Shown here in pieces: positions 1 to 12,697 of a stretch of 64,000 bases of DNA. The DNA comes from Mobula hypostoma. Taxonomy: Eukaryota. The stretch covers positions 58,158,001 to 58,222,000 of the forward strand of contig NC_086108.1 of NCBI RefSeq assembly GCF_963921235.1, written 5' to 3'. The notes beneath the pieces are model-generated. The model had not been told where the DNA came from. It worked only from the letters and a program-made list of their open reading frames with translations, and ran no database searches. Positions within the stretch are counted from its first letter, which is position 1. Each line of letters opens with the position of its first letter. Both the position numbers and the translations under genes were made by a program.

Positions 1-2030
1 TTGTTTTTTGGCAGCAGAACATTGCAATACATAATAATAAAAACTATAAATTACGATTAAAAAGAATTTAAATGGGTCGTGAATAAGGGAAGAAAAAGTA
101 GCAAGGTAATGCTTATGGATTCATTCTCCATTCAGAAATATGATGGTGGAGAGAAAGAAGCTCTTCCTCAAGCATTGAGTGTGAGCCTTCTCCTCCTGCT
201 CGATGGTAGCAATGAGAAGAGGACATGTTCAGGGTGATGGGGTCCTTAATGATAGATGCTGCCTATTTGTTTAGGCATCACTTTTTGAACATGTTCTTGG
301 TGCTGGAGAGGCTAGTGCCCATCATGGAGCTGGCTGAGTTTACAACCTTCTGCAGCTATTTCCGATCCTGTGCAGTGGTCCCTCCATACCAGACAATGAT
401 ACAACCAGTTACAATGCTCTCCATGGTACTTCTGTAGAAATTTGCAAGTGTCTTTGGTGACATACAAGGTGTCTTCAACCTCCCAATGAAATATAGCTGC
501 TGTTGTGACCTCTTTGTAATTGCATCAATATGTTGGGCCCAGGATAGATCTACAGAGATGTTGACACCAAGGAACTTGAAGCTACTCACCTTACCACTAC
601 TGATCCCTTGATGAAGACTGGTCTGTGTTCCTTCAACTACCCCTTCCTGAAGTCCACAATCAATTCCTTGGGCTTACTGACAATAGGGTTGCCAACTTTC
701 TCACTCCCAAATAAGGGACAAAAGTAGCAGTCAAATACGGGACACTTGTGTTTACCCCGAGAAAGGCTACCATGACCATGAAGCCTTGCGCGGGCACCTG
801 TGTGCGCATATGTGCGTGTGCATGTGTATACGTGCCGATTTTTCTCTACAAATCGGTTTTAGCTTAATCTTCCCAAATCTGTTAAGTGAAACTACACTGT
901 ACATACATTATTTCTACTTTATATAGGCTGTGTATTTATCATATCGTTCTTGCTTTTACTATATGTTAGTGTTATTTTAGGTTTTATGTGTTATTTGGTA
1001 TGAATTGGTAGGTTATTTTCTGGGTCTGGGAATGCTCAAAAATTTTTCCCATATAAATCAATGGTAATTGCTTCTTCGCTTTACGCCATTTCTGCTTACG
1101 AATCGTTTCATAGGAGTGCTCTACCTTAGCGGGGGAAATACGGGGACAAGGGCGGTCCTGTATGGGACAAAGCAATTTAGCCCAATATACGAGATGTCCT
1201 GGCTAATACGGGACAGTTGGCAGCCCTAGCTGACAATGAGTGCAAGGTGGTTGTGACACCACTCAACCAGCTGATCTATCTCACTCCTGTACACCTCCTC
1301 ATCACCATCTAAAACTCTGCCAACATGGCAAATTTATAGATGGCATTTGAACCACATAGTCTTGGGTGTAGAGAGAGTAGAGCAGTCAGCTAAGCCCGCA
1401 TCCTTGAGATGCACCATTGCTGATTATCAGCAAGGAGGAGAACAATCTGCACTGACTTTGCAGAGGAAGGTCCAGAGACCCTGGTTTTTAAGTTTGTTGA
1501 ATGGAACAGAGGGTATGATGGTGTTGAACGCTGAGCTGTAATCAATAAACAGCAGCCTGACGTAGGCCAAGTGGAGACACAGTGAGATTGCATCCACTGT
1601 AGACCTATTGAGGTGACAGGCAAATTGCAGCTGGTCCAGGTCCTTCCTTAGGCAGAAGATGATTCTAGTCATAACCAACCTCCCAAAGCACTTCATCACA
1701 GTAGATAAGAGTGGCAAGGGGTGATGGTCATTCAGGCAACTCACCTTGCCCTTCTTGTCACTGGTATGATTGTCAGCCTTTTGAAGTGGTTAGGAACTTT
1801 CAATTGCATCAGTGAAAGATTGAAGATGTCCTTTAACAAACCCACCAGTTGGTTGCCACAGATTTTCAAAGCCCTACCAGATGCACCATCTGGGCCTAAC
1901 ACTTTGCAGGGGTTTACCTCGTTGAAAGATGCGACAGAGATCACAGGGTTACCAGATGCTGCAGGGATTTGCACGGGTGTAGTTTTATTTATGTGATCAT
2001 AAATCCAGAGCCTACTGTTCATTTTGTGGA
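1..2030 (-). mobile_element. Decayed Rex1/Babar-type LINE (RT region and 3' end), interrupted by a hAT MITE
   Basis: ORF pieces 1741-2022, 1427-1744 ([18 protein letters not shown]) and 356-589 (FKFLGVNIS..LSW, FYRSTMESIVTGCIIVWYG) are typical of this clade; frameshifted. Confidence 0.85.
684..1228. mobile_element. Non-autonomous hAT-type DNA transposon (MITE)
   Basis: 14-bp TIRs TAGGGTTGCCAACT (684-697) / AGTTGGCAGCCCTA (1215-1228); 8-bp TSD actgacaa (676-683) / gctgacaa (1229-1236); repeated subterminal ATACGGGACA motifs. Confidence 0.9.
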
Positions 2031-2204
2031 GAAGAAAGGGTCTGCTGCTGACGTGCCTTATTTCTAACCATTGGAGCCTCTATTTAATAGAGTAAAATCA
2101 AACTGTGGTCAGGTGGATGGTGGCAGTGCATTTGAACATTTAATCTTGTGTTGTTCTCTATATTATTCCATCACGGGTAAAACCCTCCCCCCACCCCCCT
2201 TGAG

Positions 2205-2940
2205 CGCATCTGCACAGATCATTGTCATGGGAAAGCAGCATTCATCATAATGGACCCCCACCAATCTAGCCATGCTCTCCTCTCGCTGCTGTCATCAGGA
2301 AAAAGGTACAGGAGCCTTAGGACCCCAGCATTAGTTTAGGAACATTTATTGCCTCTCAACCATCAGGCTCTCAAACCAGAGGAGATAACTTCACTCGTTA
2401 CATCACTGAACTGTTCCCACAACCTATGGACTCACTTTCAAGGATTCTTCATCTCATGCTCTTGATGTTCATTGCTTATTTATTTATTTATTTATGTATT
2501 AGTATTATAATTAATACTAATAACATTAGTATTATTAGCAGGCTGGCTAGTAGTGTAGTGACATCAGCACTGGACTTCAAGGCAGATGGTCCTGAGTTCA
2601 AACCCAGCCGGGTCCCAGCCTGGGCAGCAGCAGTATCTGTGTGGGAGAAAGCCCTGGCAGTCTACTTCCATATCTTGTCATGAAAACCCTATGGACCCAA
2701 TGGTCCATGAGGTCATGAAGAGTCAGACTCGACTATACAACTGAACAACAAACCAAAATGCATGACCATGGTTTTGCACTTTAGACGGAGATGTAATGTA
2801 AAGATTTTTACTCATGTATATGAAGGATGTAAGTAATAAAGTCAACTCAATTCAATTCAACTCTCTTTTGTATTTGCATAGATTGTTGCCTTTTGAACAT
2901 TTGTTGTTTGTCCTGTTTGATGCAGTCTTTCACTGATTTA
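2205..2940 (+). mobile_element. 3' fragment of a Rex-type LINE hosting further insertions; its tail resumes at ~5450-5550
   Basis: Resembles the Rex 3' ends at 7690-8150; tail aataactttactttaaactttgaac near 5526-5550. Confidence 0.65.
2541..2752 (+). mobile_element. tRNA-derived SINE with an RTE/BovB-like 3' tail
   Basis: Head with A/B-box-like motifs (tagtgtagtga ... gagttcaaaccc); tail gaggtcatgaagagtcagactcgactatacaactgaacaacaa. Confidence 0.65.
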
Positions 2941-2944
2941 TAAA

Positions 2945-5452
2945 AAACACCTTTACTGGGTATCTTTTATAAACCTCCCAACAGTAACAGGGATATTGAG
3001 GAGCAGATAGGGAGGCAGATTCTGGAACAGTGCAATAATAATAGGGTTGTTCTGATGGGAGATTTTAACTTTCCTAATATTGATTGACATCTCCCTAGCG
3101 CAAGGGGTTTAGATGGGGTGGAGTTTCTTAGGTGTGTTCAGGAAGGTTTCCTGACAGAATATGTAGATAGGCCAACTGGAGGAAAGGCTGTACTTGATCT
3201 CGTATTGGGAAATGAACCTGGTCAGGTGTCAGATCTCCTGGTGAGAGAGCATTTTGGAGGTAGTGACCACAACTCTATCTCCTTCACCATAGTGCTGGAG
3301 AGGGATAGGAGCAGACAATTTGGGAAAACATTTAATTGGTGTAGGAGGAAATATGATGCTATTAAGCAGGAGCTTAGGAACATAAATTGGGAGCAGATGT
3401 TCTCAGGGGAATGCACGGCAGAAATGTGGCAAATGTTCTGGGAAGATTTGCATGGAGTTCTGCATAGGTATGTTCCATTGAGGCAGGGAAAGGATGGTAG
3501 AGTTAAAGAACCATAGTGTACAAAGTATGTAGAAAATCTAGTTAAGAAGAAAAGAAAAGTTTACAAAAGGTTCAAGAAGCTAGGTACTGTTAGAGTTCTA
3601 GAAAATTACAAGCTTGCTAGAAAGGAGCTTAAGAATGGAATTAGGAGAGCCAGAAAGGGCCATGAGAAGGCTTTGGTGAGCAGGATTAAGAAAAACCCCA
3701 AGATATTCTACAAGTATGTGAAGACCAAGAGGATGAGCCATGTGAGAATAGACCAAACAGGTGCAATAGTGGAAACGTGTGCATGGAGTTGGAGGAGGTA
3801 GTGGAGGTACTTAATAAATACTTTGCTTCAATATTCACCAGGCAAAAAGACATTGGTAATTGTTGGGATGACTTACAGTGGACTGAAATGCTTGAGCATA
3901 TAGACATTAAGAAAGAGGATGTGCTGGAGTTTTTGAAAAGCATTAAGTTAGATAAGTCACTGGGACTGGATGAGATGTACTCCAGGGTACTGTGGGAAGT
4001 GAGGGAGGATATTGCTGAGCCTCTTGTGATCTTTGTGTCATAAATAGGGACGGGAGTAGTACCAGAGGATTGGAAGGTTGCAAATGTTGTTCACTTTAAC
4101 CCAGGAAATTATAGACCAGTGAGTCTGACTTCAGTGGTGGGCAAGTTCCTGAGAGGCAGGATTTATAAGCATCTGGAGAAACGTAATCTGATTAGCGATA
4201 GTCAACGTGGCTTTGTCAAGGGCAGGTCGTCCCTTACACGCCTAATTGAATTCTTTGAGGATGTAACAAAGCACATTGATGAAGGTAGAGCAATGGATGT
4301 AGTGTATATGGATTTCAGTAAGTCATTTGATAAGGTTCCCCACGCAAGGCTTCTTCAGAAAGTAAGAAGGCATGGGATCCAAGGAGACCTTACTTTGTTG
4401 ATCCAGAATAGGCAAAGGGATGGTTTGTATTCTGGGTGGAGGTTGGTGACCAGTGGTGTCTCAGGGATCTGTTCTGGGACCCCTCCTCTTTGTGATTTTT
4501 ATAAATGACCTGGATGAAGTAGTAGAAGTTTGGGTTAGTAAGTTTGCTGATAAAACAAGGTTGGGGGTGTTGTGGACAGTCTGGAGGGTTGTCAGAGGTT
4601 ACAACTGGACATTGAGAGGATGCAGAACTGGACTGAGAAGTGGAAGATGGACTTCAACCCCGATAAGTGTTAAGTGGCTCACTTTGGTAGGTCCAATTTG
4701 AAGACAGAATATAATATTAATGGTAAGACTCTTGGCAATGTGGAGGATCATGAGAGATCTTGGGGTCCGTGTCGAGAGGATACTCAAAGCTGCGCAGGTT
4801 GACAGTGTTGTTAACACTGCTCCTGTTGTTAAGAAGGCATATGATGTGTTGGCATTCACCAACCTTGAGGTAATGTTACAGTTATATAAGACCTTGGTCG
4901 GACCCCACTTAGACTACTGTGTTCGGTTCTGGTCACCTCACTACAGGAAGAATGTGGATACTATAGAGAGAGTGCAGAGGAGATTTGGAGGATGTTGCCT
5001 GGATTGGAGAGCATTCCTTATGATAATAGGACGAGTGTACTTGGCCTTTTCTCCTTGAAGCGATGGGGGATGAGAGGTGACCTGATAGAGGTGTATAAGA
5101 TGATGAGGGGCATTGATCATGTGGAGAACCAGAGGCTTTTTCCCAGGGCTGAAATGGCTGACACGAGGAGTCATAGTTTTAAGGTGCTTGGAAGTAGGTA
5201 CCGAGGGGATGTCAGGGGTAAGTTTTTCACGCAGAGAGTTGTGCATCCATGCAATGCACTGCTGGCGGCTGTGGTGGAAGTGGATACAATAGGGTCTTTT
5301 AAGAGCCTCTTAGATAGGTACATGGAGCTTAGAAAAATAGAGGGCTATGCACTAGGGTAATTCTAGGCAGTTTCTAGAGTGGGTTACATGGTCAGCACAA
5401 CATTGTGAGCTGAAGGGCCTGCAATCTGTAAATTTCTAGGTACTATGATTCT
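2945..5452 (+). mobile_element. 5'-truncated, decayed CR1 LINE (endonuclease C-terminal part, RT, 3' UTR)
   Basis: GDFN..SDHN endonuclease motifs, MDFSKSFDKVPH, QGSVLGP, KFADK, PHLDYCVRFWSPHYRK; many stops and frameshifts. Confidence 0.92.
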
Positions 5453-5549
5453 ATTGTGTTTTTGGATTTACTGTGTAGGCCCGCAGGAAAATAAATCTCA
5501 GGGTTGTATATGGTGACACTTTCATAATAACTTTACTTTAAACTTTGAA

Positions 5550-5880
5550 CCCTCTAGTTAAATAAATTCCTTTTCATCTCTGTTCTAAAGGAATGTACTT
5601 GTATTCTGAGTCTGTGCGTTCTGGTCCTAGACTCTCCCACTTTTGGAAACATTATCTCCATGGTCACTCCATCTAGGCCTTTCGATATTTGGCAGGTTTC
5701 AATGAGATTCCCCCCCAACCCCCGTGCTTTTAAATTCCAGTGAGTAAATGTCCCGAGCCATCAATCATCCCACATGCATTAACCCTTTCATTCCCAGAAT
5801 CATTCTCTTAAACCACCTCTGGATCACCTCAAATGCCAGCACATCCTTTCTTAGACCCCAAGGCCAAAACTATTCATATT
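5550..5880 (-). mobile_element. CR1 3' ORF2 fragment
   Basis: Resembles the CR1 3' region at 29790-30090. Confidence 0.7.
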
Positions 5881-5989
5881 GAGCAATCTCAGTGTTTTCC
5901 AAAATTAGCTTACAATTGTTTGTACATTTTGATTTCAATCCTTCTAAGGAGTTTGGGAATCATTTAAAAGCAAACGGAAAAAAAAAATC

Positions 5990-8900
5990 TGCAGATACTG
6001 CATAGCTCCACAGTTCCTCCACAGCTTCCAATTTTATGGTGCCCTGTCCTTGTATTGCCTCATTCTACTTTTCCCAAGATCAACAAAGTGGACTGTCCCA
6101 GCAGATAAATTGATTCAGCCTGCTGTCACCAAACCAAACTCACTTCTTCCTACCTTTACTCCATCTTTTCTTCCCTGCTCCTGTCCTTTTCCACTAACAT
6201 CCATAACACTTTGGATGCTGTTAATGGTTCTCGTTTTCCTGCTCTCAATCAGTCCATCCTCTCCGTAGAAGATGGAAATGTTGGTGGAGGGCAACTTGGT
6301 CTTTTACCAGATCCTCCAAATCTCTATCCCACATCAGGAGCAAAGGCCCCACAAGTTCTCCTCCTCCAACACGCTCATTCGTCTGGTTGCATGTGTCCTC
6401 ACCTTAAACAATTTCTGCAACTAACCTTGAGTAATACACAGAAAATGCTAGAGAATCTCAGCAAGTCAGGCAGCATCTATGGAGGGAAGTTTACAGATGA
6501 GACTCTTCTTCAGGACTGGAAAGGAAGGGAGCAGAAGCCAGAATAAGAAAATAAGAGAGGAAGCAGTAGAAACTAGTAGGTGATAGGTGAGATCAAATGA
6601 GGGGGAAGGTGGATTGGTGAAGGACAGAGAATGAAGCTGCAAGCTGGGAGGGGATATGTGGAAAAGATAAAGGGCTGAAGAAGGAATCTGATAGAAAAAT
6701 ATGGTGCAATAAAGGAAGGAGGTCAAGAATCAGAGGGAGAGAATGGACAGATCATGAGTGCAGGGGAGGTAAAGAGAAGGAATGAGAGTGTAACCAGAGT
6801 GGGTGAGAAACAAAAGGAGGGGGGCATTAAAGATAAGGGCAGTGGTTACTAGAAGTTAGATAAAACAGTGTTCATGCAATGCGGTTGGAGACATCCCAGA
6901 CCGAATATGAGGAGCTGCTCCTCTAATCTGCATTTGGTCTCATAATGGAGGTAGAGGAGACCTTGTACAGACATGTTGGTGTGGGAATGGGAAGTCAAGT
7001 TGAAGTGGACAGTCACCAGGAAGTTTTGCCCTCAAGACTAATCAATAAGCTCCAAGATCTAAGCCTCAAAACCTCCCTGTGCAATTACCGTCAGCACAGG
7101 TGCACCACAAGGCTGTGTGCTTATCCCCCCGCTCTACCCACTTTATATTTATGACTGTGAGGCTAAGTACAGCTCCACTGCCATGTTTAAGGTTGCTGAC
7201 AATACCATTGCTGTTGGCTGAATCAAAGGAGGTGACGAATCAGCGTATACGTAGGAGGGAGATTGAAAATCAGGCTCAATGTTGCCACAGCAACATCCTG
7301 TCACTCTACATCAGCAAAACCAAAGAGCTGATTATTGACTACAGGAGGAGGAAAGCAGGGGTCCATGAGACTGTCCTCATCTGGGAAACAGAGGTGAAGA
7401 GAGTTAGCAACTTTAAAGTTCCTTGGCATTATCATTTCAGAGGATCTATCCAGCACGTAAGTGCCATTACAAAGAAGGCACTTCAGCACCTGTACTTTCT
7501 TAGAAGTTTGCAAAGATTCAGCATGTCATCAAAAATTTTGACTTACTTCTATAAATCTGCAGTGGAAAGTACACTGGAAGCATCTATTCCCTTGAACGGA
7601 AAAACCTACAAAAAGTGGTAGATACAACCCAGTCCATGACAGGTAAAGCCCTCCCCAGCACTGATTAGATCTATCAGGAGTGCTGTTGTAGGAAAGAGGG
7701 ACCCATCGTCAAGGATCCCCACCATCCAGCCTTTGCTCTCTTCTTGCTGCTGCTATCAGGAAGGAGGTACAGAAGCCTTAAGTCCAACACTGCCAGGTTC
7801 AGGAATAGTTACCATGTTCTTGAGCCCGAGTGGATAACTTCACTCACCCCAACACTGAAATGATTCCACAATCTATGAGTACACTTTCAAGGACTCTACA
7901 ACCCATGTTTTCAATGTCTACTATTGATTTCTTTATTATTATTATTATTTTGTGTTTTATTTTCTTGTTGGTATTTGCACAGTTTGTTGTCTTTTGCACA
8001 CTGGTTGTTTGTCCATCTTTGCTGTGTGCAGTTTTTCATTGTTTTTATTGTGGTTCTTTGTGTTTACTCTGAATGCCCACAGGAAAACAAATCTCAGGGT
8101 TGGATATGGTGACATATATGGATTTTGACAATGCATTTACTTTCAATTTGTCATATGCAGTGGACAGAATAAAGGTGCTTGACAAAGCGATCCCCCAATC
8201 TGCATAGGGTCTCACTAGTGTAGTGAAGGTCAGATGCAATAAATGAGCCCGAAAGACTCACAGGGGAAGCACTACCTCACTTGGAAGGATAGTTTAAGGC
8301 CCTGAATGGTGGTAAGGGAAGAGATATGGGGGCAGATGTAGCACTTTTACTCTCCCACCTTATTATAGCTTCTCTCCCCTTCCTTTCCAGTCCTGTTGAA
8401 GGGTCTCAACCCTAAATATCAACTGCTTATTTCTCTCCGTAAATGCTGTCTGACTTGCCAAGTTCCTCCAGCATTTTGTGTGGGTGTGTTTCTCCTCCAA
8501 ATCCACTCACTTTCTCCAGATCAAGAATGTAACAATAGCCCTTACATAGGCCCAAGCTGAACCTGTCCTGAGTCACTCCTCCAATGCTTTCCCAGGTACA
8601 AAAACAACTGCTTGCTGCACTCATGCAAAGCTTGAAAATTTCATCACTTCACAGTCAACTCTGTCGTGAACTTAATTCTGATTCATTCATTCTGTTTTTG
8701 GATCTCCCTGTTACTATCTCAGGGGCTAGGCTAGCCACAATCATCCATCGTAAGCCCACAGATTCCCATAAATATCTTGATTATTATTCCTCCGACCCTA
8801 CCTTCTGTATGGATTCTTGGTCCCCCTGTCTCCATTGTATTTGCTTCAAAGACAAAATATTCCACAGAAACATTCCTTAATCATGAGTTCCTCTCTGCTA

Positions 8901-9170
8901 TAGTGGTCAGAGTCTCTGACTGCACGTCATCTATTTCCCATATTCGTGCCTTCACACCTGTCCTCTCATTCTTCCCACTTGATAGAACAAGAAGAGTTCC
9001 CCTGGTGCTTGCCTTCCGCTCACCAATTTCCACATTTGGTGAATCATTTCCTGGGATCTCCAACAAGAATCCAGCACCAGACGTACATTTCCCCTATCTT
9101 TTCCTCTCAGCATGTCATAGAGATTACTCCCTTTGCAACTCCTTGGCCCACTCTTTCATACTTATGGCTC
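5990..9170. mobile_element. Rearranged remnants of Penelope-like family A in both orientations, interrupted by a Rex LINE
   Basis: 8584-8880 frame FLDLPVTISGARLATIIHRKPTDSHKYLDY resembles a PLE RT C-terminus; degenerate LPKIHK..CP-like remnant at ~6060-6170; terminal-repeat sequence at 6435-6520 (-) and 8385-8490 (+). Confidence 0.7.
7030..8150 (+). mobile_element. Rex1/Babar-type LINE, 3' part
   Basis: [14 protein letters not shown] at 7098-7140, SKTKELIIDYRR, LYFLRSL; tail aatgcatttactttcaatttg. Confidence 0.85.
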
Positions 9171-10410
9171 TTTCAAAGTTCAAAATAAATTAATTATCAA
9201 AGTTACCATAACATTACATGTTACCATATACTACCCTGGGATTTATTTTCTTGTAGGCATTTACCAAAAAAAAGTACAATTAGAATTTTATGAAAAACTA
9301 CATTTTAAGAGTGACAAGCTTAATTAAAGCATCTGTTAGTCTTGCGAGACCATGGATCTGTGTCCTGGAAAATCTTCACTCTCCATAAAACCTTGCAGGC
9401 CTGGGCAAGGTTGTATGGAAGACCAGCAGTTGCCCATGCTGCAAGTCTCCCTTCTCCACAACACCAGTGTTGTCCAAGGGAAGGGCATTAGGACCCATAG
9501 AGCTTGGCACCAGTGTCGTCACAGAGCAATGTGTGATTAGGTGCCTTGCTCAAGGACACAACACGTTGCCTCAGCTGGGGCTCGAACTCACAACCTTCAG
9601 GTCACTAGTCCAATGCCTTAACCACTTGGCCACGTTCCCATGTGACAAGCTACCAATGTTCAAATGAAGACAAACAGTATATTTTGAAAAAACACTGAGA
9701 AATGAGTCTGAGCCTGCGGTTGTAGAATCAGATCAGAGTTGTGGTGACTGAAGTTACCCATGTCGCTTCAGCAGCCTGATTGTTGTAAGGTAATAATATT
9801 CCTGAACTTAAGACTTCTGTGCCTCCTCCCCAGTGGTAATAGCACGTAGAGGGCATGGCCTGGTTAGTGGGGGTCTGTGATCGTAGATGCTGCTTTCTTA
9901 TGGCAGTGCTCCAAGTAATTGTACTCAATGGTGGGGAGAGCTTAGTCTGAGATGGACAGGGCTGTATTCACCTCATTTTGTAGCCTTTTCTATTTCTGAA
10001 CATTGGTGTTTCCATACCTGGCTGTGATGCAGCCAGTTAGGATACTCTCCACTGTGCATCTATAGAAGTTTTTCAAAGTTTTTAGTGACATGCAGAATCT
10101 TCTAAGGAAGTAGAGGTGCTAACGTGCCTTCTTTGTGATGACACTCACCTACTGGTCCAGGACAGATCCTCTGATATGTTGACAACAAGGAATTTAAAGC
10201 TACTGATCCTCTGCATCTTTGTTCCCCTAATAAGGACTGGCTCATGGACTTCCAACTTTTTTCCTGTAGTCGATAATCAGCCCTTTGGTGTTGCTGATGT
10301 TGAGTGAGAGTTTGTTGTTGTGGCACAACTCAGCCAGATTTTCAATCTCCACTCCCCCCAACCCCCGATGCCAACTCACCATCACCTTTGATTCGGACAA
10401 CAGCAGTGGT
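9170..10410 (-). mobile_element. Rex-type LINE 3' part with an inserted SINE
   Basis: Reverse-strand match to the Rex 3' ORF and UTR seen at 1-600; tail ttcaaagttcaaaataaatt at ~9172. Confidence 0.75.
9321..9641 (-). mobile_element. tRNA-derived SINE
   Basis: Perfect 10-bp TSD gtgacaagct (9311-9320, 9642-9651); minus-strand head TGGCCAAGTGG (A box) ... GTTCGAGCC (B box). Confidence 0.85.
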
Positions 10411-11232
10411 TCTCATGCACTACCACCAATCTTGACCTCTGGTTTTTGATAACCTTCTCGGGTGATTGCAGGAGAGAGAGCCTAGATGTTATGCAATGGC
10501 ATTTTGTGTCAATAGATCAACGAATCTTGCTGATGGCTCTTTGTCTATTAATTGATGGGGCAATGCGGAACAGATAAATAAGTTCGGTATTTAATATGAG
10601 GTAGTTGCAGATGGTAGGATTGTCAGCTGAGGGATGGTCTTAGCCATTGGGTGGTTAAGATGATAGGTTTGGTGGTTGGGACAAGGGTAGGCTAGATAAT
10701 CAGAGGGTGACCCCTGTTTTCAGGGAAGATAATTAAGGGGGGTAGGACTGGTAGTGGATGGGACTGGGAGAGTGATTTGTATTAGTGGTAGTTTAGGGAA
10801 TTCAATAGTCATGGGGTAATCTGTATTCAAGGGTCTGGTGGTTAGCATGAAATCTCTGCTTAAGGTTTGGGGTTCAGTGTCAGGGTGTTTGTAGATTGGA
10901 TTTAGTGATTAGCAGATCGGCGGGATCTGAGCTTGGGCTAGTGAGTTGGGTTTGATGGGAATCATAATGGGGGAGTTAGTAGGAGCACTTTCCCATAATA
11001 ACCCTATATCTGTTGAAGCCCTGAACATCCATGGGCACTAGAAAGCCATATTCTGCAAAGTGGGTCTGTAGATGATGCAGGCTACATTCGTGCATTTGAA
11101 AATTATCTTTCTTGTACCTGAAAATACAGTCATCATTTTGCATATTCAAAACCCTCAGACAACAGCCATCTGAGTGGCAGCAATCAAGCAGCCACTGATG
11201 CCATCACCATGGTGGGCACCACTGCTGTACTT

Positions 11233-11335
11233 GTAAGACCATAAGACATAGGGGCAGAATTAGGCCATTCAGCCCGTCGAGTCTGCTACGCCATTCCATC
11301 ATTGCTGACCCCGGATCCCACTCAACCCCATAAAA
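11233..11335 (-). mobile_element. CR1 3' tail fragment
   Basis: taagaccataagacataggggcagaattaggcc is the reverse complement of the tails at ~27620-27652 and ~40720-40750. Confidence 0.75.
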
Positions 11336-11513
11336 CCTTGATCTGTGCAAAGCACTGCCATGAGATTTAAGCTGGACCGCTTTGTACTGCAAGCAAGTTG
11401 AGCGTGATGCTCCAATTATGCCATTGGGTGTGTGGATGTAGTAATTTCAGCTAAGGTTCAATTGGGGAGTAATGATGGCTTTCCCACTAGGCTAATTCTG
11501 CTCGGTGCTACAT

Positions 11514-12322
11514 TTCAAAGGTTCAAAGGTTGAATTTAATGTCAGAGAAATCTATACAATATACATCCTGAAATGCTTTCTCTTTGCAAACATCCACGAA
11601 AGCAGAGAAGTGCCCAAGGAATGAATGACAGTTAAGAGTGAGAACTCCAAAGTCTCCCCTCCTGCACGTAAGCGGCAGCAAGCAACGATCCCCCTCCCCC
11701 CACCAGCAAGTAAAAGCGCATCGGTACCGTCACCGAGCCCAAGCATGAGCTAAGCAATAGCAAAGACACAGACCGAAGTTACCCCAAAGGCTTTGCATTT
11801 CATCCGACATTTGACAAACCACAGGTTCTCTCTCTCCCTGGCAAGGGAGAGGGAGGTGTCTCCCATTTTCACAGTGAGCGCAGACATAACAACAATCCAC
11901 TGGTTTACGATGTTAAAAGTCCGTTTCATGACTTTTTCCGAGCTCTGTGTCAGAAGATTGCAAAGACCTCAGGTCTTCAGGCCCACAGCAAAAGATTTTA
12001 CAACTCCCCCGACAACAGACGAGTCTGTTGCCGTGACACTGACCATCGATCCGCCAGTCTCCAGAGCCCCGAGATCTTCGGCTTCCAAACACGAGTGAGA
12101 CTCTCAGGCCAAACTCTTGGCATGTTGAATAACGGCCAGTCGTGGAACCCCGAGAACGGGTCCCATTCCAGCAAAGAACCGAAGCCTGTGTGTAACTCCA
12201 GGTCAGGGTCTTCAAAAGAACCCTGAAAGGGAAGAATAAAGATATTAAAGGAGGAAGTAGAGCTGTTTCCGAAGATGTAAGCAAAGGAGTCGCCGTTAGG
12301 CACCATTATCCCTCCTAAGCTC
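11514..12322 (-). mobile_element. Probable non-autonomous LINE-derived retroposon
   Basis: Minus-strand 5' AATGGTGCC start, no credible ORF, 3' ATTAAA followed by a (CCTTTGAA)n tail like the Rex elements. Confidence 0.55.
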
Positions 12323-12454
12323 TGCATAATTCTGCATAAATCTTACCAGTAAGGTGAGATTTTTTTAAAAACATATTTAAAGATTCTTGTTTACTGCAGA
12401 TACCAGCATTTCACCTCTATTGCAGGATTGGGGTATTTGTGATTTAGTTTATTG

Positions 12455-12697
12455 AGATACAGCATGGACTAGGCCCTTCGAACTGTGCTGACCCCGATTT
12501 AATCCTAGCCTAATCTACAATGACCAATTAACCTAACAACCAGCATGTCTTTGGACTGTGGGAGGAAACTGGAACACCCAGACGAAGCCCAAATGGTCAT
12601 GGGGAGAACGTAGAAACTCCTTACAGACAGCGATGGGAATTGAACCCGGGTTGCCTGTATTGTAAAGTGTTGTGCTATGCTACCATGCTGCCCCATG
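12455..12697 (-). mobile_element. V-SINE (HE1-like)
   Basis: V-domain-like tgtgggaggaaactggaacaccc..ggggagaacgtagaaactcc; B box GGTTCAATTCC on the minus strand. Confidence 0.75.

Noticed and set aside
4802..4830. Short palindrome/duplication cagtgttgttaacactg inside the CR1
   Set aside because: Most simply a local template-switch mutation in a dead element
8388..8425. Additional hammerhead-like copies (also ~6490-6519 and ~14258-14297 on -)
   Set aside because: Core mutated (CUGUUGA/UAAAU, UAAAC, CUGCCGA/GACAU); treated as dead relics
9570..9641. tRNA genes at the SINE heads (also ~19330-19394 and ~2541-2610)
   Set aside because: tRNA-like boxes run into repeat bodies, two with TSDs; no intact cloverleaf seen
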